From contig JAYPJE010000019.1 in the NCBI GenBank assembly GCA_038128265.1, forward strand, positions 1-64,000: 64,000 bases of DNA, read 5' to 3'. The translations under genes and the position numbers were made by a program. Of the stretch, positions 9,607 to 17,938 are shown one piece after another (position 1 is the first letter of the stretch; every line of letters begins with the position of its first letter). The stretch is from Gemmatimonadota bacterium. GTDB taxonomy: Bacteria; Latescibacterota; UBA2968; UBA8231. Under the pieces are notes generated by a model, which was not told the origin of the DNA, ran no database searches, and was given only the letters and a program-made list of their open reading frames with translations.

Positions 9607-10872
9607 ATGAGCCAAACGACGCTGGACACTACGCCGAAAGCAGCCCGCCCGCAGCCCACCACTCTTCCCAACGCGTGGGCCCGACGATTGGTATTGGCCA
9701 AGCTGGCGCGCTTCACAAAAGGCTATCTTATCGTCGAGGACGGTGAACAAACCCTCGAATTCGGCCGCAAGGACGATCCGCTGTGCGCCCGTCTGCGCGT
9801 GTGCGACCCGCGCTTTTACCGCTACATGGCGCTGGGCGGTAGCCTCGGCGCTTCCGAAGCATATATAGATGGCCTGTGGGAAACGGACGATCTGACCGCG
9901 CTGTGCCGCATCGTCGTGCAAAACGGCGAAGCGCGCGATAAGATGGAGCGCGGCTGGGGCTGGCTGGCCAAACCGGCCCACCACCTATTTCACGTCCTGC
10001 ACCGCAACACCACGACCAACAGCCGCCGCAATATTGCCGCGCACTACGATCTCGGCAACGAATTTTTCCGCCTCTTCCTCGACGAAAATCTCATGTATTC
10101 GTCGGCCATTTTCCCCACGCCGCAGAGCACGCTAGAAGAGGCTTCGCACCACAAGGTCGAACGCATTTGCCAACTGCTCGAGCTCGGGCCGAACGACCAC
10201 CTGCTGGAAATCGGCACGGGCTGGGGCGGATTTGCCCTGCACGCAGCCAAGAACTACGGCTGCCGCATCACCACGACGACCATTTCGCAAGAGCAGCACA
10301 AACTGGCCGTCGAGCGCATTGCCGAAGCCGGGCTCTCCGACCAGATAGAGGTGCTGCTATCCGATTACCGCGACCTACAGGGCCAGTATGACAAGCTCGT
10401 ATCCATCGAAATGATCGAAGCCGTCGGTCACCACTACTACGACGACTACTTTCGCCAGTGCGGCCGCCTGCTCAAGCCCGACGGACTTATGCTGCTGCAG
10501 GCCATTACCATTGGCGATTGGTTTTTCGAGGCGCACACGCGCACCGTCGACTTTATCAAACGCTATATATTCCCCGGTTCCTGCATACCGTCGGTTACGG
10601 CCATGGCGCAGTCGCTGGCGCGCGAAACGGATCTGCGCATCGTCGACCTGCGCGATATTGGTCCGCACTATGCGCGCACCCTGCGCACCTGGCGCGAGCG
10701 CTTTTTTGAGCAGATAGACCAGGTGCGAGCGCAAGGGTTTAACGAGGAATTTATTCGCATGTGGGCGTTCTATTTCTGCTACTGCGAAGCGGGCTTTGCC
10801 GAGCGCTATATTGGCGACTCACAGATTCTGCTGGCCAAACCGCAGAACCGCCGCCACGCCGAATTCGCCTGA
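9607..10872 (+). CDS. cfa: cyclopropane-fatty-acyl-phospholipid synthase family methyltransferase (Cfa/UfaM-like)
   Basis: NIAAHYDLGNEFF, MYSSA, LEIGTGWG, SIEMIEAVG, YIFPG, YCEAGF. Confidence 0.88.
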   Translation: MSQTTLDTTPKAARPQPTTLPNAWARRLVLAKLARFTKGYLIVEDGEQTLEFGRKDDPLCARLRVCDPRFYRYMALGGSLGASEAYIDGLWETDDLTALCRIVVQNGEARDKMERGWGWLAKPAHHLFHVLHRNTTTNSRRNIAAHYDLGNEFFRLFLDENLMYSSAIFPTPQSTLEEASHHKVERICQLLELGPNDHLLEIGTGWGGFALHAAKNYGCRITTTTISQEQHKLAVERIAEAGLSDQIEVLLSDYRDLQGQYDKLVSIEMIEAVGHHYYDDYFRQCGRLLKPDGLMLLQAITIGDWFFEAHTRTVDFIKRYIFPGSCIPSVTAMAQSLARETDLRIVDLRDIGPHYARTLRTWRERFFEQIDQVRAQGFNEEFIRMWAFYFCYCEAGFAERYIGDSQILLAKPQNRRHAEFA

Positions 10873-10890
10873 GCCCCTCTCTGCCGCGCA

Positions 10891-11715
10891 ATGGAAGCAT
10901 ACAATCTCCACCTGCTGTGGCACGGCCTGCTCGGCGCAGCGCTGCTGATGGGCGTGCTCTATGCCCACCAGCGGCACACGCTGGACGCTACGCCGGTCGA
11001 TATGGGCTGGTCCGGTGGCATTGGCCTAATGGCACTCTACGTGGCCTGGCAGAGCGACGGAGACCCGCAGCGGCGCCTGCTGGTCGGCGCACTGGCCGCC
11101 CTGTGGTCCCTGCGCCTGACTTGGCATCTCCACGCGCGCCGCGGCGCTTTCGAAGACGGGCGCTACGCCATGCTGCGCCAGCAGTGGGGCCCGCGCGCGC
11201 AGCGCAACTTTCTGCTGCTCTATCAGGCACAGGCGCTGCTAATCGCCTTTTTCTCGCTACCCATTCTGCTCGGTGCAGCCAACCCCAAGCCGCTGGGAGC
11301 GCTCGACGCATTGGGCATCGGCATCTGGCTGGTCGCCACGGTCGGCGAAAGCATCGCCGATGCCCAATTGGCGCGCTTCCGCCACAACCCGGACAACGCA
11401 GGCCGCACCTGCGACCAGGGTCTGTGGCGCTACTCACGCCATCCGAACTACTTTTTTGAATGGCTGCACTGGTTTGCCTATAGCGCCTGGGCCATTCCCT
11501 ATGCCTGGGGCTGGCTCAGCCTGCTGGCCCCCGCTCTCATGCTCTACTTGCTCTTTTCCGTCACCGGCATTCCCTACGCCGAAAAGCGTTCCCTACAGAG
11601 CCGCGGAGATGAATACCGCGCCTACCAGCAGCGAACGCATGCCTTCTTTCCCTTTTTTCCCAAAGCACCTGCACCGCGGCCGACAGATGCCCACACACGA
11701 GAGGTCTCGCCATGA
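10891..11715 (+). CDS. DUF1295 membrane protein (steroid 5-alpha reductase-like)
   Basis: EDGRY, ESIADAQL, GLWRYSRHPNYFFEW, YQQRT. Confidence 0.88.
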   Translation: MEAYNLHLLWHGLLGAALLMGVLYAHQRHTLDATPVDMGWSGGIGLMALYVAWQSDGDPQRRLLVGALAALWSLRLTWHLHARRGAFEDGRYAMLRQQWGPRAQRNFLLLYQAQALLIAFFSLPILLGAANPKPLGALDALGIGIWLVATVGESIADAQLARFRHNPDNAGRTCDQGLWRYSRHPNYFFEWLHWFAYSAWAIPYAWGWLSLLAPALMLYLLFSVTGIPYAEKRSLQSRGDEYRAYQQRTHAFFPFFPKAPAPRPTDAHTREVSP

Positions 11716-12761
11716 AAAACGCACTGCAATGGGCCGAGCGCGGCCTAGTGCCCGACGCGCTGATTCGCACGGGCATCCGCTCCTTGTTGCGCAATCGCAT
11801 TCGCGAAATCGACCCCGGCGATTGCCAGGGGCGCACGCAGCACCTGCGCCGCTTTATAGAGACCATGGACGAGAGCCCAATCGCCGTCCACACACAGGAA
11901 GCCAACGAACAGCACTACGAACTGCCGCCGGCCTTTTTTGAAAAGGTTCTTGGGCGACATCTCAAATACAGCGCATGCTATTATCCAACGGGGCGCGAGA
12001 CGCTCGACGAGGCCGAAGCGGCCATGCTCGAACTCTACGGCGAGCGCGCCGAGCTGGCCGACGGCATGGACGTGCTCGAACTGGGCTGTGGCTGGGGTTC
12101 GCTCACGCTGTGGATGGCCGAGCGCTATCCAGCCAGCCGCATAACCGCCGTTTCCAACTCGGCACCGCAGCGCCGCTTTATCGAGGCGCGCTGCGCCGAG
12201 CGCGGATTGGACAACGTGCGCGTCATCACCTGCGATATGAACGAGTTTGCCGCCGAAGGCTCCTACGATCGCGTCGTCTCGGTAGAGATGTTTGAGCACC
12301 TGCGCAACTACCGCGCCATGCTCAAACGCGTGGCCGGCTGGCTGCGCGACGACGGCAAGCTCTTTATTCACATCTTCGTCCACAGCCGCCACCCCTATCT
12401 GTTTGAGGTAAAGAACGACGACGACTGGATGAGCAAGTACTTCTTTACCGGGGGTATGATGCCCAGCGACGACCTCCTACACTATCTGCAAGAGGACTTC
12501 TTTCTGCAGGGACACTGGCGGGTCAGCGGCAGCCACTACGCGCGGACGGCGCGGCACTGGCTGGAAAAACTAGACGCGCAGCGCGACGCGATTGACGCGC
12601 TCTTTGCCGAGACCTACGGCGCGGCCAACAGCGCGGTTTGGTGCCAACGCTGGCGCATTTTCTTTATGTCCTGTGAAGAGCTTTTTGGCTATGCCGAAGG
12701 GCAAGAATGGTGGGTATCGCACTACTGTATGGCCAAGCGCAGCGGCGTCGCCGACGACTAG
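11712..12761 (+). CDS. SAM-dependent methyltransferase, Cfa-related (coclaurine N-methyltransferase-like)
   Basis: ANEQHYELP, KYSACY, LELGCGWGS, VSVEMFEH, FFTGGMMPS, WWVSHY. Confidence 0.85.
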   Translation: MKNALQWAERGLVPDALIRTGIRSLLRNRIREIDPGDCQGRTQHLRRFIETMDESPIAVHTQEANEQHYELPPAFFEKVLGRHLKYSACYYPTGRETLDEAEAAMLELYGERAELADGMDVLELGCGWGSLTLWMAERYPASRITAVSNSAPQRRFIEARCAERGLDNVRVITCDMNEFAAEGSYDRVVSVEMFEHLRNYRAMLKRVAGWLRDDGKLFIHIFVHSRHPYLFEVKNDDDWMSKYFFTGGMMPSDDLLHYLQEDFFLQGHWRVSGSHYARTARHWLEKLDAQRDAIDALFAETYGAANSAVWCQRWRIFFMSCEELFGYAEGQEWWVSHYCMAKRSGVADD

Positions 12762-13204
12762 TACGACAGCTGAAGCGACGGGTTTAAAAAGGCGAGGGCA
12801 TAGAGGGCCAGCACGGCACGCACACTCCACAGTGCCGTGCGCAGCCAGTTGCTGCGCACCAACCAGGCGTGCCGCTCTTGGTCGAAGCCGTCGAGCAGCG
12901 CGTTGTGGCAGGGAACCTGCCAAAGAAAAGTCGACAGCCATATGGCGGCCAGCAGGGCCAGGCCGCCCCAGGCCACCAGCGGCGATAGCGCATTGGGCAG
13001 CATCAGGCACAGCGCCAGCGCCGACGCCCCCTCTGCCAGCATCGCCGGCCCGACAACCCATCCGGTGCGCCGCACGTGCTCGCGCTGGTAGGCGATAAAA
13101 CCACCCCGTTCGACACCGGCAAAAAGCGGATAGTGCACCAACTGCACAAACCATATGACCCCACACATATAGCAGGTGGCCGCCGCGTGCAGCAGGAGCA
13201 GCAC
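12758..13204 (-). CDS. conserved membrane protein (possibly DUF1772-like)
   Basis: GVIWFVQLVHYPLF and STFLWQVPCH motifs, four hydrophobic segments, last gene of the sigma-photolyase operon. Confidence 0.65.
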   Translation of the reverse strand: MLLLLHAAATCYMCGVIWFVQLVHYPLFAGVERGGFIAYQREHVRRTGWVVGPAMLAEGASALALCLMLPNALSPLVAWGGLALLAAIWLSTFLWQVPCHNALLDGFDQERHAWLVRSNWLRTALWSVRAVLALYALAFLNPSLQLSY

Positions 13205-13207
13205 GCC

Positions 13208-14629
13208 CTAGCCCTTGCTCTTTTGCAGCGCAGCCAGCGCGCGGTCACGCGCAAAGGCGTGGTCGACAACGGGCTCCGGATAGGTGTCGCCCAACAGCAC
13301 GCCGGCCGTGCGCAGCACGTGGTCTGGCGCGCGCCACGGGGCGTGAATATAGCGCGACGGCAGCTGAGCCAACTCGGGCACCCAGCGGCGGACGTACGCC
13401 CCGTCCCGATCGAATTTCTCGCCCTGCGTAACGGGGTTGAAAATGCGAAAAAACGGCGCCGCATCGGCACCGCAGCCAGCCACCCACTGCCAGCCCATAC
13501 TGTTGTTCGCTAGATCGGCATCGACCAGCGTATCCCAGAACCACTCGGCCCCTCGACGCCAGTCTATCAACAGGTCTTTTACCAGAAACGACGCAGCGAC
13601 CATGCGCACGCGATTGTGCATCCATCCCGTCTGCCACAGCTGGCGCATCCCCGCATCGACCAGCGGATAGCCGGTATGGCCGCTCTGCCAGGCCCGCAGA
13701 CCATCCGGGTCTTCGCACCAGGGAAAACCGGCAAACTGCGCGCGCAGTGGCTCGGCATCCAAATTCGGAAAGTGATAGAGCAAGTGGTGGGAGAATTCGC
13801 GCCAGCCCAGTTCGCGCAAAAAAGCAGCAGCGCCGTCGCCGGCTACGTCGCGCAGGGCAGCCACTGCTTGGCGCGGGCTGACCTCGCCAAAGTGCAGATG
13901 GGGCGACAGTCGCGACGTCCAGCGCTGCGACGGGCAGTCGCGCCCTTCACCGTAGCGGTCGACGATGCCTTCGACAAAATCCCGTAATAGCTTCTGTGCC
14001 CCCGCTTCACCCGGCTGCCATTCTGCACGCAAGCCGCTTGCCCAATCAATCGAAGGCAGCAGGCCCAGCTCGCTGATGGAGAGCGACTGCGGCCAGCGCG
14101 GCGGCGCCGGCAAGCGCGATGGCACCTGCACGAGGCGGCCGTCGAGCCCTTCCTGCAGACAGCGCTTCCAAAAGGGGGTGAAGACCTGATACGGATTGCC
14201 CTGCCCGGTCGCTATGGAATGCGGCACAAAGAGCAGCGCTCCATCGCTCGGATGCGCTCCAATGGATTCCAACGAGAGCGCGCGCTCAACCCATGCCTCG
14301 TTCGTGCGCGCGGCCGGCTCGCTGCGCCGCTGAAAGTAGACCTTGTCGGCATCGAGGTCGCGCGCTAGATCGACCAGCACCTCGGCCGCGCGCCCCTGGC
14401 GCAGCAACAGCTGGCTACCGCGTGCACGCAGATCGGCGTCCAGTGATTCGAGCGAGTGGTGCAACCACCAGCGGCTGGCCGCGCCCTGTGGCCACGGCCC
14501 TTGTTCTTCGGGATCATCGATAAATACAGGTGCGACCGCCTGCCCATCAGCCGCGGCCTCCGCCAGGCCGGCATGGTCACTCAGGCGAAGATCGCGACGC
14601 AACCAGACGATGGCACAGGGCCGTGTCAA
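13208..14629 (-). CDS. phrB: deoxyribodipyrimidine (CPD) photolyase
   Basis: WLRRDLRLSDH, TSRLSPHLHFGEVS, TGYPLVDAGMRQLWQTGWMHNRVRM, WQWVAGCGADAAPFFRIFNP. Confidence 0.95.
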   Translation of the reverse strand: MTRPCAIVWLRRDLRLSDHAGLAEAAADGQAVAPVFIDDPEEQGPWPQGAASRWWLHHSLESLDADLRARGSQLLLRQGRAAEVLVDLARDLDADKVYFQRRSEPAARTNEAWVERALSLESIGAHPSDGALLFVPHSIATGQGNPYQVFTPFWKRCLQEGLDGRLVQVPSRLPAPPRWPQSLSISELGLLPSIDWASGLRAEWQPGEAGAQKLLRDFVEGIVDRYGEGRDCPSQRWTSRLSPHLHFGEVSPRQAVAALRDVAGDGAAAFLRELGWREFSHHLLYHFPNLDAEPLRAQFAGFPWCEDPDGLRAWQSGHTGYPLVDAGMRQLWQTGWMHNRVRMVAASFLVKDLLIDWRRGAEWFWDTLVDADLANNSMGWQWVAGCGADAAPFFRIFNPVTQGEKFDRDGAYVRRWVPELAQLPSRYIHAPWRAPDHVLRTAGVLLGDTYPEPVVDHAFARDRALAALQKSKG

Positions 14630-15204
14630 ATGCGCCCCTTAATCCACTTTATGAGCGAGCCAACAACGGGCATGTAGGCGAACAGGCCGCCCGCAGCATC
14701 CCAAAAGTCGCGGTGCAGAACGACGCGCCCCTCGCCGTTAAAGCGAATCTGGCTCATGCCTTCTGAACGCGCCCAATTACCACCGTTGAGATTTCGGAAC
14801 TTAATGTCCATGACCCAGCGGTAGTAGTAGTCGACGCCGGAACGCGCTACGTCGACTACTTCAACATTGACTTCCTCGGTCGCCTCGAGACTCTCGGCCA
14901 AATATTCGGCAATTGCTTCGCTGCCTTCGAGTTCTTTGACGGTATCGTTGAAGTAGGCGTCTTTGGCATAGACCTGACGCGCGTTGGCTGCAATTGTCTC
15001 AACGCGCATCTGACGAACAAATTCGGTGAATGCCGCTATGGCGCGCGCCTCTTCTTCGCTGCCGGGCTGCGGTGCTCCCTCGGCGACGAGCGCCGTGCGC
15101 TGCAGGGCTTCTTGATACGTCACGGCACCCTTCTCCTGTGCAATGATAGCTCCAGCAACGCAGAGGACGACAACGCTTAAGATCCCTGCGAGTAGACCTT
15201 TCAA
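14626..15204 (-). CDS. SnoaL/nuclear transport factor 2 family protein with N-terminal signal or anchor
   Basis: YAKDAYFND...EGMSQIRFN..GRVVLHRDFWD; TTG start. Confidence 0.8.
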   Translation of the reverse strand: MKGLLAGILSVVVLCVAGAIIAQEKGAVTYQEALQRTALVAEGAPQPGSEEEARAIAAFTEFVRQMRVETIAANARQVYAKDAYFNDTVKELEGSEAIAEYLAESLEATEEVNVEVVDVARSGVDYYYRWVMDIKFRNLNGGNWARSEGMSQIRFNGEGRVVLHRDFWDAAGGLFAYMPVVGSLIKWIKGRI

Positions 15205-15220
15205 TTGAATTGAGCTCGAA

Positions 15221-16075
15221 TTAGTTTACAGATACTTCGAATTCCAGCTCTTCCAGATGGCCGCGCATCTTCTGCAGAGCGCGATTGCGCAGTTGGCGAA
15301 CGCGCTCGCGCGTTACACCCATCTCGCTGCCAATTTCCTCTAGCGTCTTGCAGCTGCCGCCTTCCAGGCCAAAATATTCGTTGATAATTTGCATCTCGCG
15401 CGGTTCGAGCTTGCGCAGGCTCTCACCGAGCACTTCGACCAGCTCTTCTTGGTCAATGACCACATCGTCTCCACCCATGGCGAACGCCTCGAGCGTTGGG
15501 GTATCCTCGCCGTCAAAGAGCGGCGCGTCGAGCGACATATCCTGTAGACCCGCTTCCATTGCGTTGCGCAGGCGGTCCGAGGTCATATCCATGCAGTCGG
15601 AAATTTCATACAGCGTGGGCTGGCGTCCCAACACCTGGCTCAAATTGGCCGTTTCGCGCTCGACAGCGTGCTGATCGTGTATGTGACTCATGGGTAGACG
15701 CGCGGCGCGAAAATCGCGGGGCAGCGCCTTGAGAATAGCCTGGCGAATCCACCACACGGCGTAGGTGATGAATTTGAATCCACGCGTCTCGTCGAATTTA
15801 TTGACGGCGCGGATGAGCCCCATATTCCCCTCGGCAATCAGATCCATGAGCAGGGGACCGTCCTGGGGACAATATTCGCGCGCGACGCTGACGACAAAGC
15901 GCAGATTGGCGTTGATAAGAGTCTCTAAAGCCTCTTTGTCCCCACGGCGGATGCGCGCGAACAGCTCGATCTCTTCCTGTCGTTTCAGCGGCTGGTTGTT
16001 TTTTATCTCTTCCCAGTAAACATCCAGTATGTCGCTGCTATTTCCGCCTTTCTTGTTCTTTTCAACGTCACGCAT
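15221..16075 (-). CDS. RNA polymerase sigma-70 factor, RpoD/RpoS-type (regions 1.2-4, no region 1.1)
   Basis: ANLRFVVSVA, DLIAEGNMGLIRAVNKFD..RGFKFITYAVWWIRQAI, KTLEEIG...VTRERVRQ; GGAGG RBS. Confidence 0.93.
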   Translation of the reverse strand: MRDVEKNKKGGNSSDILDVYWEEIKNNQPLKRQEEIELFARIRRGDKEALETLINANLRFVVSVAREYCPQDGPLLMDLIAEGNMGLIRAVNKFDETRGFKFITYAVWWIRQAILKALPRDFRAARLPMSHIHDQHAVERETANLSQVLGRQPTLYEISDCMDMTSDRLRNAMEAGLQDMSLDAPLFDGEDTPTLEAFAMGGDDVVIDQEELVEVLGESLRKLEPREMQIINEYFGLEGGSCKTLEEIGSEMGVTRERVRQLRNRALQKMRGHLEELEFEVSVN

Positions 16076-16129
16076 GGCGTGCCTCCTAATAAATTGGACA
16101 GATCTTTTGAATGGCCTCTTTACATAGAC

Positions 16130-16158
16130 AACATAAGAAAATGTCTATGTTTTGTCAA
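16130..16158 (-). promoter_or_regulatory. promoter of sigma-photolyase operon, TTGACA-N17-TATGTT
   Basis: Minus-strand -35 at 16158-16153 and -10 at 16135-16130. Confidence 0.7.
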
Positions 16159-16175
16159 TGTTTTATTCATGTTTT
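16142..16175 (-). promoter_or_regulatory. CarH-type operator: three tandem 11-bp direct repeats
   Basis: Minus strand reads AAAACATGAAT AAAACATTGAC AAAACATAGAC A. This fits the TnnACA 11-bp-period CarH operator and covers the -35 box. Confidence 0.8.
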
Positions 16176-16224
16176 TTGCGGTTTTTTATTTGACAAACTA
16201 TCGGCCTATTCATATTAAGGGGGT

Positions 16225-17163
16225 ATGACAAACGAAAAATGTTACACCATGAAAGTGGTTGCACAGCGAACCGGGCTGAGCCCGCACGCAATTCGCGTAT
16301 GGGAGAAACGCTATAGCGCCGTGGAACCAGAGCGCACCACGACCAATCGCAGACTGTATTCGGCCGCAGATATCGAACGCTTGACCAACCTGCACAGAGC
16401 GACGCAACAGGGCCATAGCATAGGGAACATTGCCAATCTGTCGGATGCCGACTTAAGCGCGCTAGTAGCCGAGCCCGCATTCAGCCCGCCCCCACAGGAA
16501 CAGCCTCCTCTACAAACGCCGCCGCAAGAGAGCGATCCGCACGACTTCGTGCAGCGCTGCCTTCGCGCCGTGTCGGCTATGGATGGCCATGCACTGACGC
16601 GTGAGCTCATGACGGCCGAAGTCGCCATGGGGCGCAATCGCCTGCTGGTCGACGTAATCGACCCACTCATGCGAAGCGTCGGGGATATGTGGAGCAGCGG
16701 CGACCTGCGGGTTGCCGACGAACACCTAGCTACCTCGATTGTCCGAACGTTTCTCGGCACCCTGCACTCGAGCAATCGCGCCCCAGCCAATGCCCCTCTA
16801 TTCATAAGCACAACACCGGCCGGACAGTGGCACGAAATCGGGGCATTACTAGCCAGCCTGACAGCACAGAGTGCGGGCTGGAACACACTGTATTTGGGCC
16901 CCAACTTGCCCGCCGAAGAAATTGCCGCCGCTGCTCAGACCCACGGGGCAAAAGCGGTTGCCCTAAGCATTATATTCCCTGGAGACGATGCCCTGCTGCG
17001 CGGCGAACTGGCCAAACTCCGACAGGCCCTACCTGACACTCCTCTACTTATTGGCGGTCGCGTTGCAGCCCATTACCAAGAAACAATTGAGGAACTGGGC
17101 GCCCACCGCATGGAGAATTTGGCCCTCCTGGCCCAGATGCTGCAAAAAATTGCCGCATCTTGA
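16225..17163 (+). CDS. carH: MerR-family B12-binding photoreceptor/repressor (CarH/LitR-like) #1
   Basis: MerR HTH (HAIRVWEKRY...RRLYS), W-x9-EH (WSSGDLRVADEH), B12 His motif GQWHEIG, YLGPNLP. Confidence 0.9.
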   Translation: MTNEKCYTMKVVAQRTGLSPHAIRVWEKRYSAVEPERTTTNRRLYSAADIERLTNLHRATQQGHSIGNIANLSDADLSALVAEPAFSPPPQEQPPLQTPPQESDPHDFVQRCLRAVSAMDGHALTRELMTAEVAMGRNRLLVDVIDPLMRSVGDMWSSGDLRVADEHLATSIVRTFLGTLHSSNRAPANAPLFISTTPAGQWHEIGALLASLTAQSAGWNTLYLGPNLPAEEIAAAAQTHGAKAVALSIIFPGDDALLRGELAKLRQALPDTPLLIGGRVAAHYQETIEELGAHRMENLALLAQMLQKIAAS

Positions 17164-17171
17164 TTTTTTTC

Positions 17172-17210
17172 TAGACGAAACATTGACAAATAGTAGACTG
17201 TCGATATAAT
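17172..17210 (+). promoter_or_regulatory. fasciclin promoter TTGACA-N16-TATAAT with overlapping CarH-type repeats
   Basis: TAGACG 17172, TTGACA 17183 and TAGACT 17194 lie at 11-bp period, with TATAAT at 17205-17210. Shares AAACATTGACAAA with the sigma promoter. Confidence 0.8.
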
Positions 17211-17265
17211 CATGACAAGCGAATCACACAACGCGCCTTCAGGCGCATAACTTTGGAGACTTGTC

Positions 17266-17817
17266 ATGAAAATCGCACGCTTTGCCCTTACCGCCATGGC
17301 CATCGTTGGCCTATGCTTCTCGGCTAACACCGCCAGCGCTCAGAGCGACAAGGACATTGTAGATACAGCCGTCGAAGCAGGCGTCTTTAACACGCTTGCT
17401 GCCGCCCTCACTGCAGCAGACCTCGTTGATGTCCTGAAGGGCGATGGCCCCTTCACCGTTTTCGCACCGACGGACGAAGCCTTTGCCAAACTGCCCGAAG
17501 GCACCGTTGAGTCGCTGCTTCTGCCGGAAAACAAGGATCAGCTCATCGCCATTCTGCTGTATCACGTCGTCGCCGGTTCCGTCACTTCCGATCAGGTTGT
17601 AACCCTCAACTCGGCTGCCACGGTTAACGGTGCATCCGTGACGATCATGGTCTCTGACGCTGGCGTAATGGTAGACAACGCCAACGTTACGGCCGTTGAC
17701 ATCTTGGCCAGCAATGGCGTCATCCACGTTATCGACTCCGTTATTTTGCCGCCGGCTGGTCCGACGGCTGTCGAGAGCAACTCGTGGGGCGCAGTCAAGA
17801 GCGAGGCGACCCGCTAA
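17266..17817 (+). CDS. secreted fasciclin (FAS1) domain protein with short C-terminal tail
   Basis: Signal peptide, [26 protein letters not shown], tail [12 protein letters not shown]. Confidence 0.92.
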   Translation: MKIARFALTAMAIVGLCFSANTASAQSDKDIVDTAVEAGVFNTLAAALTAADLVDVLKGDGPFTVFAPTDEAFAKLPEGTVESLLLPENKDQLIAILLYHVVAGSVTSDQVVTLNSAATVNGASVTIMVSDAGVMVDNANVTAVDILASNGVIHVIDSVILPPAGPTAVESNSWGAVKSEATR

Positions 17818-17841
17818 AGCAGTACCTTCTATCTTCATCGC

Positions 17842-17884
17842 AAAAACCGCCGGCGCACATGGCATTGCGCCGGCGGTTTTTTTT
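17842..17884 (+). terminator. rho-independent terminator (likely bidirectional)
   Basis: AAAAACCGCCGGCGCA-catggcat-TGCGCCGGCGGTTTTTTTT. Confidence 0.85.
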
Positions 17885-17938
17885 ATGTCCAACTGCGGCG
17901 GTTTCTCTGTGCGCCGTTTTTGCGTTTATTTAAGCCCC

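Noticed and set aside
16142..16175. Tandem repeats as a CRISPR array or minisatellite
   Set aside because: These are 11-bp units without spacers and with no cas genes; they are better explained as a CarH operator.
17696..17938. N-terminal extension of the MBOAT ORF overlapping the fasciclin gene
   Set aside because: It crosses a strong terminator and has no protein-like character; ATG 17939 is more plausible.
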